The notes: generated by a model not told the origin, from the sequence alone. Positions 1 to 9,640 are shown, numbered from the stretch's first letter. The stretch: DNA of 64,000 nt from Gammaproteobacteria bacterium (GCA_015492435.1 WGFB01000051.1:15100-79099), one strand, 5' to 3'. Program-made: numbers and translations.

Positions 1-1494
1 GTCGGCCAGTTGCCGGTTCTTGAGCAGCATGCGTGAGCCGGGCACCGCCCTCAGCACTTCGCTCCACAGGGCAATGCATTCGGGCGTGATCTTGGTGAAG
101 TGGTTGAAGCTGCCGAAAGTGATGTCATCGCCTTTTTCCGGGAGGGAAACCGGCGGGGCGTCGCGCGGGGGGCTGTACACCAGGCAGCAGCGCGGCAGGC
201 GGAAGATGGTTTCCGTGGCCAGTTCCACGGTGTCCGGCGGATGCAGGGTTTCATCACTGATCCAGTAGTCCATGGCGGCCAGCCCCGTGGTGGCAAAATA
301 GCCCAGGTAGGTGGCCTGCACCGGCGCGGGCTTGAAAGTCATGGCCCGGATCCGGCTGTTGGCCGTGTGCCCCGCCAGATCGATGAGCACGTCGATGTCA
401 TCATCGTGGATCATGCGCGCCACCGCTTCATCCGGCAGGCCCACGGTGGAGCGCCAGTGGTCCGCGCAGCCCCGCAGGCGCCGCGTCACCTCGTCGGGGG
501 CTGCGACTTCCGCGTAACAGAACACCTCCACTGCCCCGCGGTCGTGCTGCTCCAGGACAGGTTCTATGAAACAACTGACGGGATGCTCGCGCAGGTCGGG
601 CGAGAGATAAGCGATGCGCAACCGCCGGTGAGGATCGTCCCGCCCCTCATGGCGGTAGGGCGTCGCGCAGGCATACAGGCGGTCCCATTCACGATGGGCG
701 TCGAGCATCGTCTCCGGCGTCCCCATGACGTTGTAGGCCATGTTGAACAGCAGGTTGCTGTAGACAAGGGGGAGCGAGGGATTCAGGGCGTGGGCCTTCT
801 CGAAGCAACGGGCCGCCTCCTCCGCCTTGCCGACATCCTTCAGGATGGCGCCGAGATTGTTGTGGGCCATGGCATCGCGCGGAGCGAGGCGGATGGCCTT
901 CTCGAAGCACTGCCGGGCTCCCTCGAGGTCCCCCTGTAACCGCAGCACGCAGCCCAGGTCGAAGGTGGCGCCCGCGTCATCGGGCGCCAGGCCGAGTATC
1001 CGGCGGTAGAGCTCAGCCGCTTCGTCCAGGCGCCCCGTTTCCTGGCAGGCCCTGCCCAGCAGGCTGAGGGCGCCGGCATGCGCTTGATTGTGCCGCAGCG
1101 CCTCCCGCAATTGCGCAATGGCTTCCTCATGGCGCTTCTCCCTCAGCAGGAGCCCGCCCAGCATGACGCGCGCCTCGCTGTGACGGGGATCGAGGCGCAG
1201 GGCCTCTTCATAGTCACGGCGCGCCGCCTCGTGGTCGCCACGGGCCTCGTCGACCACGCCCAGGCTTACGCGGTAAGTGGCATTTTCCGGCTCGGCGGCA
1301 ATGGCGCGGCTCAGAAAATCCCGCGCCTGCGCCTGGTCCCCCTGCTGGTGAAGGGCGAGCCCCAGCAGATTCAGGGTATGGGCATGTTGCGGCGCCTGGG
1401 CCAGTATCTGGCGGTAAAGGGCCTCGGCCTCATGCAGGCGTCCCGCACGGTGGTGCGCTAGGGCATCTTGCAGAGCCTGGGACAGGGTTCTCAT
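1..1494 (-). CDS. TPR-repeat protein with a C-terminal O-GlcNAc-transferase-like (GT41) domain; partial, C-terminus runs off the window start
   Basis: Open minus frame from ATG at 1494..1492 with no stop to position 1, which is why it is absent from the ORF track. My translation begins MRTLSQALQDALAHHRAGRLHEAEALYRQIL, followed by repeated 34-aa TPR units (AxxxYxxALxLxP) and then a glycosyltransferase-like region. The plus-strand track ORFs at 100..939 and 1078..1461 are antisense to it. Confidence 0.75.
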   Translation of the reverse strand, partial: MRTLSQALQDALAHHRAGRLHEAEALYRQILAQAPQHAHTLNLLGLALHQQGDQAQARDFLSRAIAAEPENATYRVSLGVVDEARGDHEAARRDYEEALRLDPRHSEARVMLGGLLLREKRHEEAIAQLREALRHNQAHAGALSLLGRACQETGRLDEAAELYRRILGLAPDDAGATFDLGCVLRLQGDLEGARQCFEKAIRLAPRDAMAHNNLGAILKDVGKAEEAARCFEKAHALNPSLPLVYSNLLFNMAYNVMGTPETMLDAHREWDRLYACATPYRHEGRDDPHRRLRIAYLSPDLREHPVSCFIEPVLEQHDRGAVEVFCYAEVAAPDEVTRRLRGCADHWRSTVGLPDEAVARMIHDDDIDVLIDLAGHTANSRIRAMTFKPAPVQATYLGYFATTGLAAMDYWISDETLHPPDTVELATETIFRLPRCCLVYSPPRDAPPVSLPEKGDDITFGSFNHFTKITPECIALWSEVLRAVPGSRMLLKNRQLAD

Positions 1495-1635
1495 GAAAAA
1501 TCGCGGATGGGGTTCGTTCGCGGGCTGATAGGTGTATGATGATAAGATCAGGTTAGCATAAAATCGCGGCAACCTGGAGAGCGGCCTGTCCCGTTTCTTG
1601 CAAGACGGACAGCAGGATTTCTAAGGAGGAAGACC

Positions 1636-1815
1636 ATGCCACTCGCTACCGACCACATCCGGCTCAAAGGGCGCTGTCCGCCACCCGCCCTGCTCTCGCA
1701 GGGATACCCCTGCCTTTCTCCCGGACCCTTGGGAAATCACCAGTTCACAAAACGCCGGGGCCGCCCCGGTTTCCGCCTCATGCCCTTCTCTGTTTCAAGG
1801 GAGATCCGGGAATGA
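1636..1815 (+). CDS. candidate 59-aa ORF upstream of napD (MPLATDHIRLKGRCPPPALLSQGYPCLSPGP...), function unknown
   Basis: Strong SD (AAGGAGGA at 1624-1630) 5 nt before ATG 1636. Its stop TGA (1813-1815) overlaps the napD ATG (1812-1814) as ATGA. No recognisable family, and such ORFs are common in high-GC DNA. Confidence 0.25.
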   Translation: MPLATDHIRLKGRCPPPALLSQGYPCLSPGPLGNHQFTKRRGRPGFRLMPFSVSREIRE

Positions 1816-2078
1816 ACATTGCAGGCGTGATCGTCGATGCCCTGCCGGGTCACGAGCAGGGCGTGCGGCGGCAACTGCTCTCCGTGCCTGGTGTGGAGGT
1901 TCACGGGGCCGCGGACGGACGGCGCCTGATCGTGACCGTGGAGGGTGAGGATGCGGGATCACTGGCGGACGCGCTGGCGGGCTTTCACAACATGCCGGGC
2001 GTCGTTTCCGCTACCATGGTCTATCACCACTTCGAGGAAGACGAGGAGGTAATCTCCGATGAAACTGAACAGGCGTGA
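1812..2078 (+). CDS. napD: NapD, chaperone for periplasmic nitrate reductase NapA
   Basis: 88 aa; [13 protein letters not shown]...[35 protein letters not shown] matches the NapD pattern. It overlaps the napA start by 20 nt, as is typical for napD-napA. Confidence 0.85.
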   Translation: MNIAGVIVDALPGHEQGVRRQLLSVPGVEVHGAADGRRLIVTVEGEDAGSLADALAGFHNMPGVVSATMVYHHFEEDEEVISDETEQA

Positions 2079-4575
2079 GTTCATCAAGCTCAATGCGGCC
2101 GCCGCCACGGCCGCCGCCGCGGGTCTTTCCCTGCCCGGGATCAGCACGGCCCTCACCCAATACCGGGACACCATACGCTGGGACAAGGCGCCCTGCCGTT
2201 TTTGCGGCACGGGTTGCGGCGTGCTGGTGGGCACCCGCAACGGGCGCGTGGTGGCGACTCAGGGGGATCTCAAAAACCCGGTGAATCGCGGGCTGAACTG
2301 CGTCAAGGGCTATTTCCTGGCCAAGATCCTCTACGCCCAGGACCGCCTCACCAGGCCATTGCTGAGGATGCGCGATGGCAAGCACCACAAGGAGGGCCAT
2401 TTCACCGAAATCACCTGGGACCAGGCATTCGACATCATGGCCGAGAAATGGAAGGCCGCCCTCAAGGCCAAGGGCCCCTCCGCCGTCGGCATGTTCGGCT
2501 CGGGCCAGTGGACCATCTGGGAAGGCTACGCGGCCTCCAAGCTCTACAAGGCGGGCTTCCGCTCCAATAACCTCGACCCCAACGCCCGCCACTGCATGGC
2601 CTCGGCGGTGGGCGGCTTCATGCGCGCCTTCGGGTCGGATGAGCCCATGGGCTGCTATGACGACCTGGAGGCGGCCGATGCCTTCGTTCTGTGGGGCGCC
2701 AACATGGCGGAGATGCATCCCATCCTGTGGACCCGTCTCGCCGACACCCGCCTCAACAAGCCCGGCGCCGAGGTGCATGTGCTGTCCACCTTCTGGAACC
2801 GCTGTTTCGATCTGGCGGACAATGGCATTGTCTTCACCCCGCATACCGACCTCGTGATCCTCAACTATATCGCCAACCACATCATTCAGAAGAAGGCCTA
2901 TAACCGGGAGTTCATCGACAGGCATACCGTCTTCACCAGTGCGGCGACCGATATCGGTTACGGCCTGCGCCCCGAGCACCCCCTGGAACGCAAGGCCGCC
3001 AATCCCGGCAACGGAAGCATGACGGGCATTTCATTCGAGGAATACGCGCGTCTGGTCGAGCCCTACACCCTGGAGCACGCCGCCAAATTGAGCGGCGTGC
3101 CCAAGGAAAAGCTGTTGCGCCTGGCGGAACTCTACGCCGATCCCGCCAGGAAAATAGCCTCCTTCTGGACCATGGGCTTCAACCAGCACACCCGTGGCGT
3201 GTGGGTCAACGGACTCGTCTACAACGTCCATCTTCTCATGGGCAAGATCTCCGAGCCCGGCAACAGCCCCTTCTCTCTCACCGGCCAGCCGTCCGCCTGC
3301 GGCACCGCGCGCGAGGTGGGCACATTCTCTCATCGCCTGCCCTCCGAACTGGTGGTGACGAAGAAGGAGCACAGGGATTTCGCCGAAGCGGTATGGAAGC
3401 TTCCCGAGGGCACCATCCCCGGAAAGCCCGGTTACCACGCCGTGCTGCAGAACCGCATGCTCAGGGACGGCAGGCTCAACGCTTACTGGGTGCAGTGCAC
3501 CAACAATCTGCAGGCGGCCGCCAACATCAACCAGGAGGCCCTGCTGGGCTACCGTAATCCCGACAACTTCATCGTGGTTTCCGAGGTCTATCCCACCGTC
3601 ACCGCCCTGGCCGCGGACCTGATCCTGCCCTCCGCCATGTGGGTGGAAAAGGAAGGCGCCTACGGCAACGCCGAGCGGCGCACCCAGTTCTGGCGCCAGC
3701 AGGTGAAGGCGCCGGGCGAGGCGCGCTCCGATCTGTGGCAGACGGTGGAATTCTCCAAGCGCTTCAAGGTGGAGGAAGTGTGGCCGGAGGAGCTGATTGC
3801 AAAAAAACCCGAATACCGCGGCAAGACCCTCTATGACATCCTGTTCGCCAATGGCCAGGTGGACCGGTTTCCCGCGCGGGAGATCGTCGATGACCAGGGC
3901 AACCGCTACGACAACGATGAAATGGCCCACTTCGGATTCTATATCCAGAAGGGCCTGTTCGAGGAATACCGCCGCTTCAACGTGGGCGGGCTCAAGATAG
4001 GCCATGAACTGGCGCCCTTCGATACCTACCACCAGGTGCGCGGCCTGCGCTGGCCCGTGATCAAGGGCCAGGAGACCCTGTGGCGTTACCGCGAAGGCTA
4101 TGATCCCTATGTCGGCAAAGGCGAGGGAGTCAGATTCTACGGCAAGCCGGATGGCAAGGCGCGCATTATTTTCGCGCCCTACGAGCCACCGGCGGAATCG
4201 CCCGACGAGGAATACGACCTGTGGCTCAGCACCGGCCGCGTGCTGGAGCACTGGCATTCCGGATCCATGACGCGCCGCGTGCCCGAGCTGCACCGCGCCG
4301 TGCCCGAGGCGCTGGTATACATGCATCCCGAGGATGCCAAGGCCCGCGGGCTGCGCCGCGGCCTGGTGGCCCGCATTCAGAGCCGCCGCGGCGAGATCCT
4401 GGCCCAGGTGGAGACCCGTGGCCGCAACCGGCCGCCAAGGGGGTTGATCTTCGTCCCATGGTTCGACGAGGGGCGTCTCATCAACAAGGTCACGCTCGAC
4501 GCCACCGACCCCCTGTCGAAGGAGACGGACTACAAGAAATGCGCCGTCAAGGTCACCAAGGCAAAACTGGTCTGA
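2059..4575 (+). CDS. napA: Periplasmic nitrate reductase catalytic subunit NapA (molybdopterin, [4Fe-4S], Tat-exported)
   Basis: 838 aa. Twin-arginine signal [28 protein letters not shown]-terminal Cys cluster [10 protein letters not shown]...C; molybdopterin oxidoreductase blocks throughout. Confidence 0.97.
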   Translation: MKLNRREFIKLNAAAATAAAAGLSLPGISTALTQYRDTIRWDKAPCRFCGTGCGVLVGTRNGRVVATQGDLKNPVNRGLNCVKGYFLAKILYAQDRLTRPLLRMRDGKHHKEGHFTEITWDQAFDIMAEKWKAALKAKGPSAVGMFGSGQWTIWEGYAASKLYKAGFRSNNLDPNARHCMASAVGGFMRAFGSDEPMGCYDDLEAADAFVLWGANMAEMHPILWTRLADTRLNKPGAEVHVLSTFWNRCFDLADNGIVFTPHTDLVILNYIANHIIQKKAYNREFIDRHTVFTSAATDIGYGLRPEHPLERKAANPGNGSMTGISFEEYARLVEPYTLEHAAKLSGVPKEKLLRLAELYADPARKIASFWTMGFNQHTRGVWVNGLVYNVHLLMGKISEPGNSPFSLTGQPSACGTAREVGTFSHRLPSELVVTKKEHRDFAEAVWKLPEGTIPGKPGYHAVLQNRMLRDGRLNAYWVQCTNNLQAAANINQEALLGYRNPDNFIVVSEVYPTVTALAADLILPSAMWVEKEGAYGNAERRTQFWRQQVKAPGEARSDLWQTVEFSKRFKVEEVWPEELIAKKPEYRGKTLYDILFANGQVDRFPAREIVDDQGNRYDNDEMAHFGFYIQKGLFEEYRRFNVGGLKIGHELAPFDTYHQVRGLRWPVIKGQETLWRYREGYDPYVGKGEGVRFYGKPDGKARIIFAPYEPPAESPDEEYDLWLSTGRVLEHWHSGSMTRRVPELHRAVPEALVYMHPEDAKARGLRRGLVARIQSRRGEILAQVETRGRNRPPRGLIFVPWFDEGRLINKVTLDATDPLSKETDYKKCAVKVTKAKLV

Positions 4576-4590
4576 CAAAGGCATACGACG

Positions 4591-5046
4591 ATGAAGACAA
4601 TTCCCGCAACTGCATTCGCCATCCTTTTCCTGTCCCTGGCCGTCCCGCCCCCCGCCCTCGCGGAGGGCGGCCTCAAGTCCCTGCGCGGCGACCGTCCCAT
4701 CGGCGAGGAATCCCTGCAGCCCGCCTTCACCAAATGGCAGCACGACAGCAAGCCCATCGCGCGCCAGTTCATACAACAGCCACCGGTCATCCCCCATTCC
4801 ATCGAGGGCTACACCATCAACAAGAAATTCAACAAGTGCCTGACCTGCCATAGCTGGGCGAACTACAAGAAGGCGGGCGCCACCAAGGTCAGCCTCACCC
4901 ATTTCACCAACCGCGATGGCGTGGAACTGGCCAACATCGCGGCGCGGCGCTATTTCTGCACCCAGTGCCACGTGCCCCAACTGGATGTGGATCCCCTGGT
5001 TCCCAACGCCTTCCAGCCGGTGGAACTGCTCAACGGACAGCGCTGA
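4591..5046 (+). CDS. napB: NapB, diheme cytochrome c electron-transfer subunit
   Basis: 151 aa, signal peptide, two CxxCH motifs (CLTCH, CTQCH). Confidence 0.9.
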   Translation: MKTIPATAFAILFLSLAVPPPALAEGGLKSLRGDRPIGEESLQPAFTKWQHDSKPIARQFIQQPPVIPHSIEGYTINKKFNKCLTCHSWANYKKAGATKVSLTHFTNRDGVELANIAARRYFCTQCHVPQLDVDPLVPNAFQPVELLNGQR

Positions 5047-5074
5047 AGGCCGACACCACGGGAGAGGAGCATTC

Positions 5075-5662
5075 ATGCCGGAATCAGGGCAGGAGAGGAA
5101 AACGAAGACTGGAAGAAGCGCCTTGGCGGCTATCCTGGCCGTGGGCTTCTTTGCCGGCATCATCTTCTGGGGCGGATTCAACACCGCCATGGAACTAACC
5201 AATACGGAGGCCTTCTGCATCTCCTGCCATGAGATGAGGGACAACGTCTACCGCGAATACCAGAACACCATCCATTACAGCAACCGCAGCGGCGTGCGCG
5301 CCACCTGCCCGGACTGTCATGTGCCCAGGGAATGGGTCCACAAGGTTGCGCGCAAGATCAGGGCGACCAACGAGCTGTACCACAAGCTCATGGGCACCAT
5401 AAACACGCCCGGGAAATTCGAGGCCAAGCGGTTGCAGATGGCGCGCAACGTGTGGCGCACCATGAAGAAGACGGATTCACGCGAATGCCGCAATTGCCAT
5501 GACTACGCGTCCATGGATTACGTCAAGCAGGAGCGGCGCGCCATGATCCAGCACGACCAGGGCCTGGAATCGGGACAGACGTGCATCGACTGCCACAAGG
5601 GCATCGCCCACGAACTGCCCGCCATGTATGAGGTGGATCCCAGCGCGGCCATCGGCCCTTAG
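5075..5662 (+). CDS. napC: NapC/NirT-family membrane tetraheme cytochrome c (quinol dehydrogenase)
   Basis: Four CxxCH motifs (CISCH, CPDCH, CRNCH, CIDCH) and an N-terminal TM helix. The start is taken at ATG 5075 (MPESGQERKTKTGRSALAAILAVGFF) with SD GGAGAGGAG upstream, not at the track start 4916, which overlaps napB. Confidence 0.9.
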   Translation: MPESGQERKTKTGRSALAAILAVGFFAGIIFWGGFNTAMELTNTEAFCISCHEMRDNVYREYQNTIHYSNRSGVRATCPDCHVPREWVHKVARKIRATNELYHKLMGTINTPGKFEAKRLQMARNVWRTMKKTDSRECRNCHDYASMDYVKQERRAMIQHDQGLESGQTCIDCHKGIAHELPAMYEVDPSAAIGP

Positions 5663-5735
5663 GGCTGGTTGCCCGCTCACCCCGAAGGAGAGTGGGGGCA
5701 GTGACAGTCGACCTCTTGAATGCGGATATGGGAAA

Positions 5736-5809
5736 TGGAGGCTGGGGTCGGAATCGAACCGGCGTCCACGGCTTTGCAGGCCGCTGCATAACCACTCTGC
5801 CACCCAGCC
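5736..5809 (-). tRNA. tRNA-Cys (anticodon GCA)
   Basis: The reverse complement reads GGCTGGGTGGCAGAGTGGTTATGCAGCGGCCTGCAAAGCCGTGGACGCCGGTTCGATTCCGACCCCAGCCTCCA. It has a cloverleaf, anticodon loop CTGCAAA, a GTTCGATTC T-loop and a 3' CCA. Length 74 nt. Confidence 0.93.
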
Positions 5810-5870
5810 TGTATCCAGGCCGTTTCACCCGGTACAACTGTAAATCAGGGAAAACCAAACAATGCGGAAC

Positions 5871-5946
<76 letters not shown>

Positions 5947-6006
5947 TCACCAGGAACTCGATATTCTCTATATGTGGCTCCCGGCTGTCAAGTGTAATCC
6001 AGCGGC

Positions 6007-6552
6007 CTATTTCAGGGAAGGCCATGCCTTTTGCAGGTATATCACCATGGACCACAGGGTGAGTATGGCGGCGGCGTACAGGAAAATGAAGCCCAGTTCC
6101 TCGATGGGAAGGCCAAACAGGGGGTACTGGAAGAGCAGCATGATGAGGGCGGTCAACTGGCAGGTGGTCTTGATCTTGCCCAGCATGTTGACGGCCACCT
6201 TGCTGCCGAGCCCGATCTCCGCCATCCACTCGCGCAGGGCGGACACGGTGATCTCGCGGCCGATGATGACGGCGGCGGGCAGGGCCATCCACGGCGTGGG
6301 GTTGACCTGCACCAGCAGCACCAGCGCCACCACCACCATCAGCTTGTCGGCGACGGGATCCAGGAAGGCGCCGAAGGCGGAGGTCTGCCCCAGCCGGCGC
6401 GCCAGGTAGCCGTCCAGCCAGTCGGTGATGGCCGCCAGGGAGAAGACCAGCGCGCTGGCGATCCGCGCCCAGTCATAGGGCAGGTAGAAAATCAGGACAA
6501 AGACCGGGATCAACCCGATGCGCAGCAGCGTGAGGATGGTCGGTGTCGTCAT
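6007..6552 (-). CDS. pgsA: CDP-diacylglycerol--glycerol-3-phosphate 3-phosphatidyltransferase
   Basis: 181 aa. CDP-alcohol phosphatidyltransferase motif DWLDGYLARRLGQTSAFGAFLDPVADK, multiple TM helices, and the conserved position between uvrC and tRNA-Gly. Confidence 0.93.
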   Translation of the reverse strand: MTTPTILTLLRIGLIPVFVLIFYLPYDWARIASALVFSLAAITDWLDGYLARRLGQTSAFGAFLDPVADKLMVVVALVLLVQVNPTPWMALPAAVIIGREITVSALREWMAEIGLGSKVAVNMLGKIKTTCQLTALIMLLFQYPLFGLPIEELGFIFLYAAAILTLWSMVIYLQKAWPSLK

Positions 6553-6561
6553 GGCGCGGTG

Positions 6562-8373
6562 TCAATTGTTTTCGTGAAAAATATCATAGATGCGCCGGGC
6601 AAGCTCTTTATTTATTCCTGACAAATTTGCAAGGTCATCGATGCCCGCCCGCGACACCCCCTGCAGGCCGCCGAACTGGTCGAGAAGCTTTTTCTTGCGC
6701 CGTGGGCCGATGCCGGGGATGCGGTCCAGCACCGAGGCCTGCTGGGCCTTGCTGCGCCGGTTGCGGTGGCCGCTGATGGCGAAGCGGTGGGCCTCGTCGC
6801 GGACCTGCTGGATGAGGTGCAGGGCCAGGGAATCGGCGGGGAGCGCGATGGCCCCGTCCCGGCCGCCGAGATGCAATTTCTCCAGGCCGGGCTTGCGCCC
6901 CTCCCCCTTGGCGATACCCACCAGGGTCACGCCCTCGATCTGAAGATCCTCCATGACGGCGCCGGCCTGGCGCAACTGCCCCTTGCCGCCGTCGATGAAC
7001 AGCAGGTCGGGCAGCACGCCGTCCCCCTTCTTGATCTTGAGATAGCGGCGCATGAGGGCCTGCCTCATGGCCGCGTAGTCGTCGCCGCCGGTGATGTCCG
7101 TGATATTGAAGCGGCGGTAGGCGGATTTCAGCGGGCCCTCCTGGTCGAAGACCACGCAGGCGGCCACGGTGGATTCCCCACTGGTATGGCTGATGTCGAA
7201 ACACTCCAGGCGCCGCGGCAGTTCTTCCAGCCCCAGCTCCGCATGCAGGGCCTCGAAGCGCTGCTGCATGTTGGCCTTGCTGGACAGGCGCCGGGTGAGG
7301 TTGTGGGCCGCATTGGTGAGGGCCATTTCCATCCAGCGCGCCCGCTCCCCGCGCACCCTGGCATGAATGGCCACCCGCCGCCCGCACTGCCGGGACAGGG
7401 TTTCCTCCAGCAGCTCGCGGTCCTCGGGCATGTGGCTGGCGATGATCCCGGGGATCTGCTCCTGCCCCAGGTAATACTGGGGAATGAAGGCCGACAGGAT
7501 GGCCGTCTCGTCGGCGCCGGGCGGATGGCGGGGAAAGAAGCTGCGGTTGCCCAGGTTGCGCCCGCCGCGGATGAAGAATACCTCGACGATGCCCACGCCG
7601 TTGCGCACCTGGCAGGCGATCACGTCGTGGTCGCCCCTGTCGCTGGTGATGTACTGTTTCTCCTGCACCTTGCGCAGACGCATGATCTGATCGCGGTACT
7701 GGGCCGCCGCCTCGAATTCCAGCCTTTGCGCCGCCTCATCCATGCGCGCCACCAGCTCGTCGATGACCTGGCTGTTGCGCCCCTCCAGGAACATGATGGC
7801 GTGGCGCACGGCCTTGCCATAGGCATCCGCGTCGATTCTGCCCACGCAGGGGGCGCCGCAGCGCTTGATCTGGTACTGCAGGCAGGGGCGCGAGCGGTTG
7901 CGGTAGAAGCTGTCCTCGCACTGGCGCACCTGAAACAGTTTCTGCATCTGGTTGAGGGTGTCGCGCACCGCGCTGGTGCTGGGATAGGGACCGAAATACC
8001 GCCCGGGCTGGCGCCTGGCGCCGCGATGGAAGCCGAGGCGCGGAAAGTCCTGGTCCGTGGAGCAATAGATGTAGGGGTAGCTCTTGTCGTCGCGCAGCAG
8101 GACGTTGTAGCGGGGGCGCAGCGACTTGATGAGGTTGTTCTCCAGCAGCAGGGCCTCGTTCTCCGTATGGGTGACGGTGACCTCGATGGCGGCGATGTGG
8201 GCCACCATGGCGCGGGTCTTGGGCGAGGCGTCGCGGCTGCTGAAATAACTGGCCACGCGGTTCTTCAGGTTGCGCGCCTTGCCCACATAGATGGTCTCCC
8301 CCGCCTCGTTGAGCATGCGGTACACGCCGGGGCGGGCGGGAATCGTCTTGAGCCGGGCCTTGTGGTCAAACAT
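6562..8373 (-). CDS. uvrC: Excinuclease ABC subunit C
   Basis: 603 aa. N-terminal GIY-YIG (GVYRMLNEAGETIYVGKARNLKNRVASYF), UvrBC-interaction region, C-terminal RNaseH-like endonuclease and HhH (GIGPRRKKKLLDQFGGL). Confidence 0.96.
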   Translation of the reverse strand: MFDHKARLKTIPARPGVYRMLNEAGETIYVGKARNLKNRVASYFSSRDASPKTRAMVAHIAAIEVTVTHTENEALLLENNLIKSLRPRYNVLLRDDKSYPYIYCSTDQDFPRLGFHRGARRQPGRYFGPYPSTSAVRDTLNQMQKLFQVRQCEDSFYRNRSRPCLQYQIKRCGAPCVGRIDADAYGKAVRHAIMFLEGRNSQVIDELVARMDEAAQRLEFEAAAQYRDQIMRLRKVQEKQYITSDRGDHDVIACQVRNGVGIVEVFFIRGGRNLGNRSFFPRHPPGADETAILSAFIPQYYLGQEQIPGIIASHMPEDRELLEETLSRQCGRRVAIHARVRGERARWMEMALTNAAHNLTRRLSSKANMQQRFEALHAELGLEELPRRLECFDISHTSGESTVAACVVFDQEGPLKSAYRRFNITDITGGDDYAAMRQALMRRYLKIKKGDGVLPDLLFIDGGKGQLRQAGAVMEDLQIEGVTLVGIAKGEGRKPGLEKLHLGGRDGAIALPADSLALHLIQQVRDEAHRFAISGHRNRRSKAQQASVLDRIPGIGPRRKKKLLDQFGGLQGVSRAGIDDLANLSGINKELARRIYDIFHENN

Positions 8374-9034
8374 GTTCCCGCCCGGCCTCCCGTGCCGTGA
8401 GGCGCCGGCGGATGGTGGCGAAGACCTCGTCGAACATGGCCTCCGTGAGGCGCCGGGTCTGGGTGTTGTAGCGGCTGCAGTGGTAGGAATCCACCAGCAG
8501 GCGGTCCTGGTCGAGGTGGTGTTCCCGGCCGTGGGCGAAGGGATGGTCCTTGAGGCGCAGGCCCAGGGCGCGCAGCACGGCCTGGTGGGCGATGGTCCCC
8601 AGGGCGAGGATCATGGCGCCCTCTCGCAGCCCCGCCAGTTCTTCCCTGAGAAAGCCGTTGCAGGTCCGGATCTCCTCCCCCGTGGGCTTGTTCTGGGGCG
8701 GCAGGCACTTCACCGCATTGGTGATGCGGCAGTCCCGCAGGCGCAGGCCGTCGTGGATGGACTCGGAGACCGCCCGGGTGCTGAAGCCGTGGCGATGAAG
8801 GGTTTCGTAGAGCAGGATGCCGGCAAAGTCACCCGTGAAGGGACGCCCCGTGGCGTTGGCGCCGTGCATGCCCGGCGCGAGGCCGACGATGAGCAGGCCG
8901 GGATCGCTGGCGCCGAAAGGGGCCACGGGCCGGGCATGGTAATCCGGATAATCCCGCCGGACCGCGGACAGGAATGCGCTCAGGCGCGGGCAGCGCCGGC
9001 AGTCCGCATCGAAAATCTTTCCGTTCATTGCCAT
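8366..9034 (-). CDS. Uracil-DNA glycosylase, family 4 (Fe-S type)
   Basis: 222 aa. GLAPGMHGANATGRPFTGDFAGILL motif plus four conserved Cys (CRRC...C...C). Overlaps the uvrC start by 8 nt. Confidence 0.85.
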   Translation of the reverse strand: MAMNGKIFDADCRRCPRLSAFLSAVRRDYPDYHARPVAPFGASDPGLLIVGLAPGMHGANATGRPFTGDFAGILLYETLHRHGFSTRAVSESIHDGLRLRDCRITNAVKCLPPQNKPTGEEIRTCNGFLREELAGLREGAMILALGTIAHQAVLRALGLRLKDHPFAHGREHHLDQDRLLVDSYHCSRYNTQTRRLTEAMFDEVFATIRRRLTAREAGREHV

Positions 9035-9106
9035 TGCGCCGCCCTGGCCATGCCACCTCCCTTGTGCCGCGGTCCCGCGCGAGGAAATGCGGGGCCCGCG
9101 CCAGGA

Positions 9107-9640
9107 TCACCCGATGGGCATGACCACTGTGGCCTGGGGTCCCTCGTCGCCTTCTTCCTCGAAAAAATGCACCGGCATCTGCTCCGCCAGCTTGTCGAAC
9201 TCGTTGTTCTTGACACTGTTGCGGTGAAAATAGATCTCCCGCCCGTCAAAGGTGCTGATGAAGCCATAATTCTCCTCGGGGAAGATGCGGCTGATGGTGC
9301 CCGCCGGCGTCTCCCCGTGAGACTTGACTTCGCCCCGCTGGCGCCGGGTATGGTCCTGAAGCTGGCGCCTGGCCGCCTCGAAGGAGTCCCGGATGGCCAC
9401 ATAGAGATCCTCGTTGGGCTCGCGCTTGACGATGATTTCCCGGCCGGGCACGGTGATATCGATGAGTACATTATAGAGAACCCCCTGCTGACTGTGCCGG
9501 TGCGGGCACTCGACCACCACGCGGCAACTGGTGATCCTGTCATGAAACTGCTCGAGCTTGGCGGCCTTTTCCCTGATGGTGTTTTCCGCCGCCTCCGAGA
9601 GGGACATGTTGCGGGTGGTTATCTGTAATGGCAATTGCAT
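9107..9640 (-). CDS. hpf: Ribosome hibernation promoting factor (HPF/YfiA family) with a C-terminal cold-shock domain (HPF::CSD fusion)
   Basis: The start is taken at ATG 9640 (MQLPLQITTRNMSLSEAAENTIREKAAKLEQFHDRI...), which has the SD AAGGAG upstream. The N-terminal ~95 aa match HPF/YfiA. The C-terminal region GTISRIFPEENYGFISTFDGREIYFHRNSVKNNEFDKLAEQMPVHFFEEEGDEGPQATVV aligns position-by-position with the CspA encoded at 29607 ([61 protein letters not shown]). Confidence 0.8.
   Translation of the reverse strand: MQLPLQITTRNMSLSEAAENTIREKAAKLEQFHDRITSCRVVVECPHRHSQQGVLYNVLIDITVPGREIIVKREPNEDLYVAIRDSFEAARRQLQDHTRRQRGEVKSHGETPAGTISRIFPEENYGFISTFDGREIYFHRNSVKNNEFDKLAEQMPVHFFEEEGDEGPQATVVMPIG

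Noticed and set aside
100-1461. Plus-strand track ORFs 100..939 (279 aa) and 1078..1461 (127 aa)
   Set aside because: They are antisense to the clearly TPR-repeat-encoding minus frame (ATG 1494, open to position 1). The sequences are low-complexity and Arg/Gly/Ala-rich, as is typical of GC-rich antisense frames.
1537-1550. FNR-like site TGAT-gataag-ATCA upstream of nap
   Set aside because: The half-sites are separated by 6 nt rather than the 4 nt of the FNR consensus (TTGAT-N4-ATCAA), and the outer T/A positions are missing. It is not convincing.
4916-5074. napC start at the track ORF start 4916
   Set aside because: It would overlap napB by 130 nt in another frame. ATG 5075 has a strong SD and gives the expected N-terminal TM anchor.
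2011-5244. Long minus-strand ORFs antisense to napA (2011..2979, 3031..5244 with 737 aa)
   Set aside because: The NapA assignment on the plus strand is unambiguous (Tat signal, Cys cluster, molybdopterin blocks). The antisense ORFs are Gly/Ala/Arg-rich with no motifs.
6766-8400. 544-aa plus ORF and others (6635..7387 -, 8291..9628 +, 9800..10873 +, 10794..12179 -, 10898..12436 +)
   Set aside because: These are antisense or out-of-frame shadows of uvrC, udg4, hpf and relA. They have no recognisable domains, and they overlap genes with strong family signatures.
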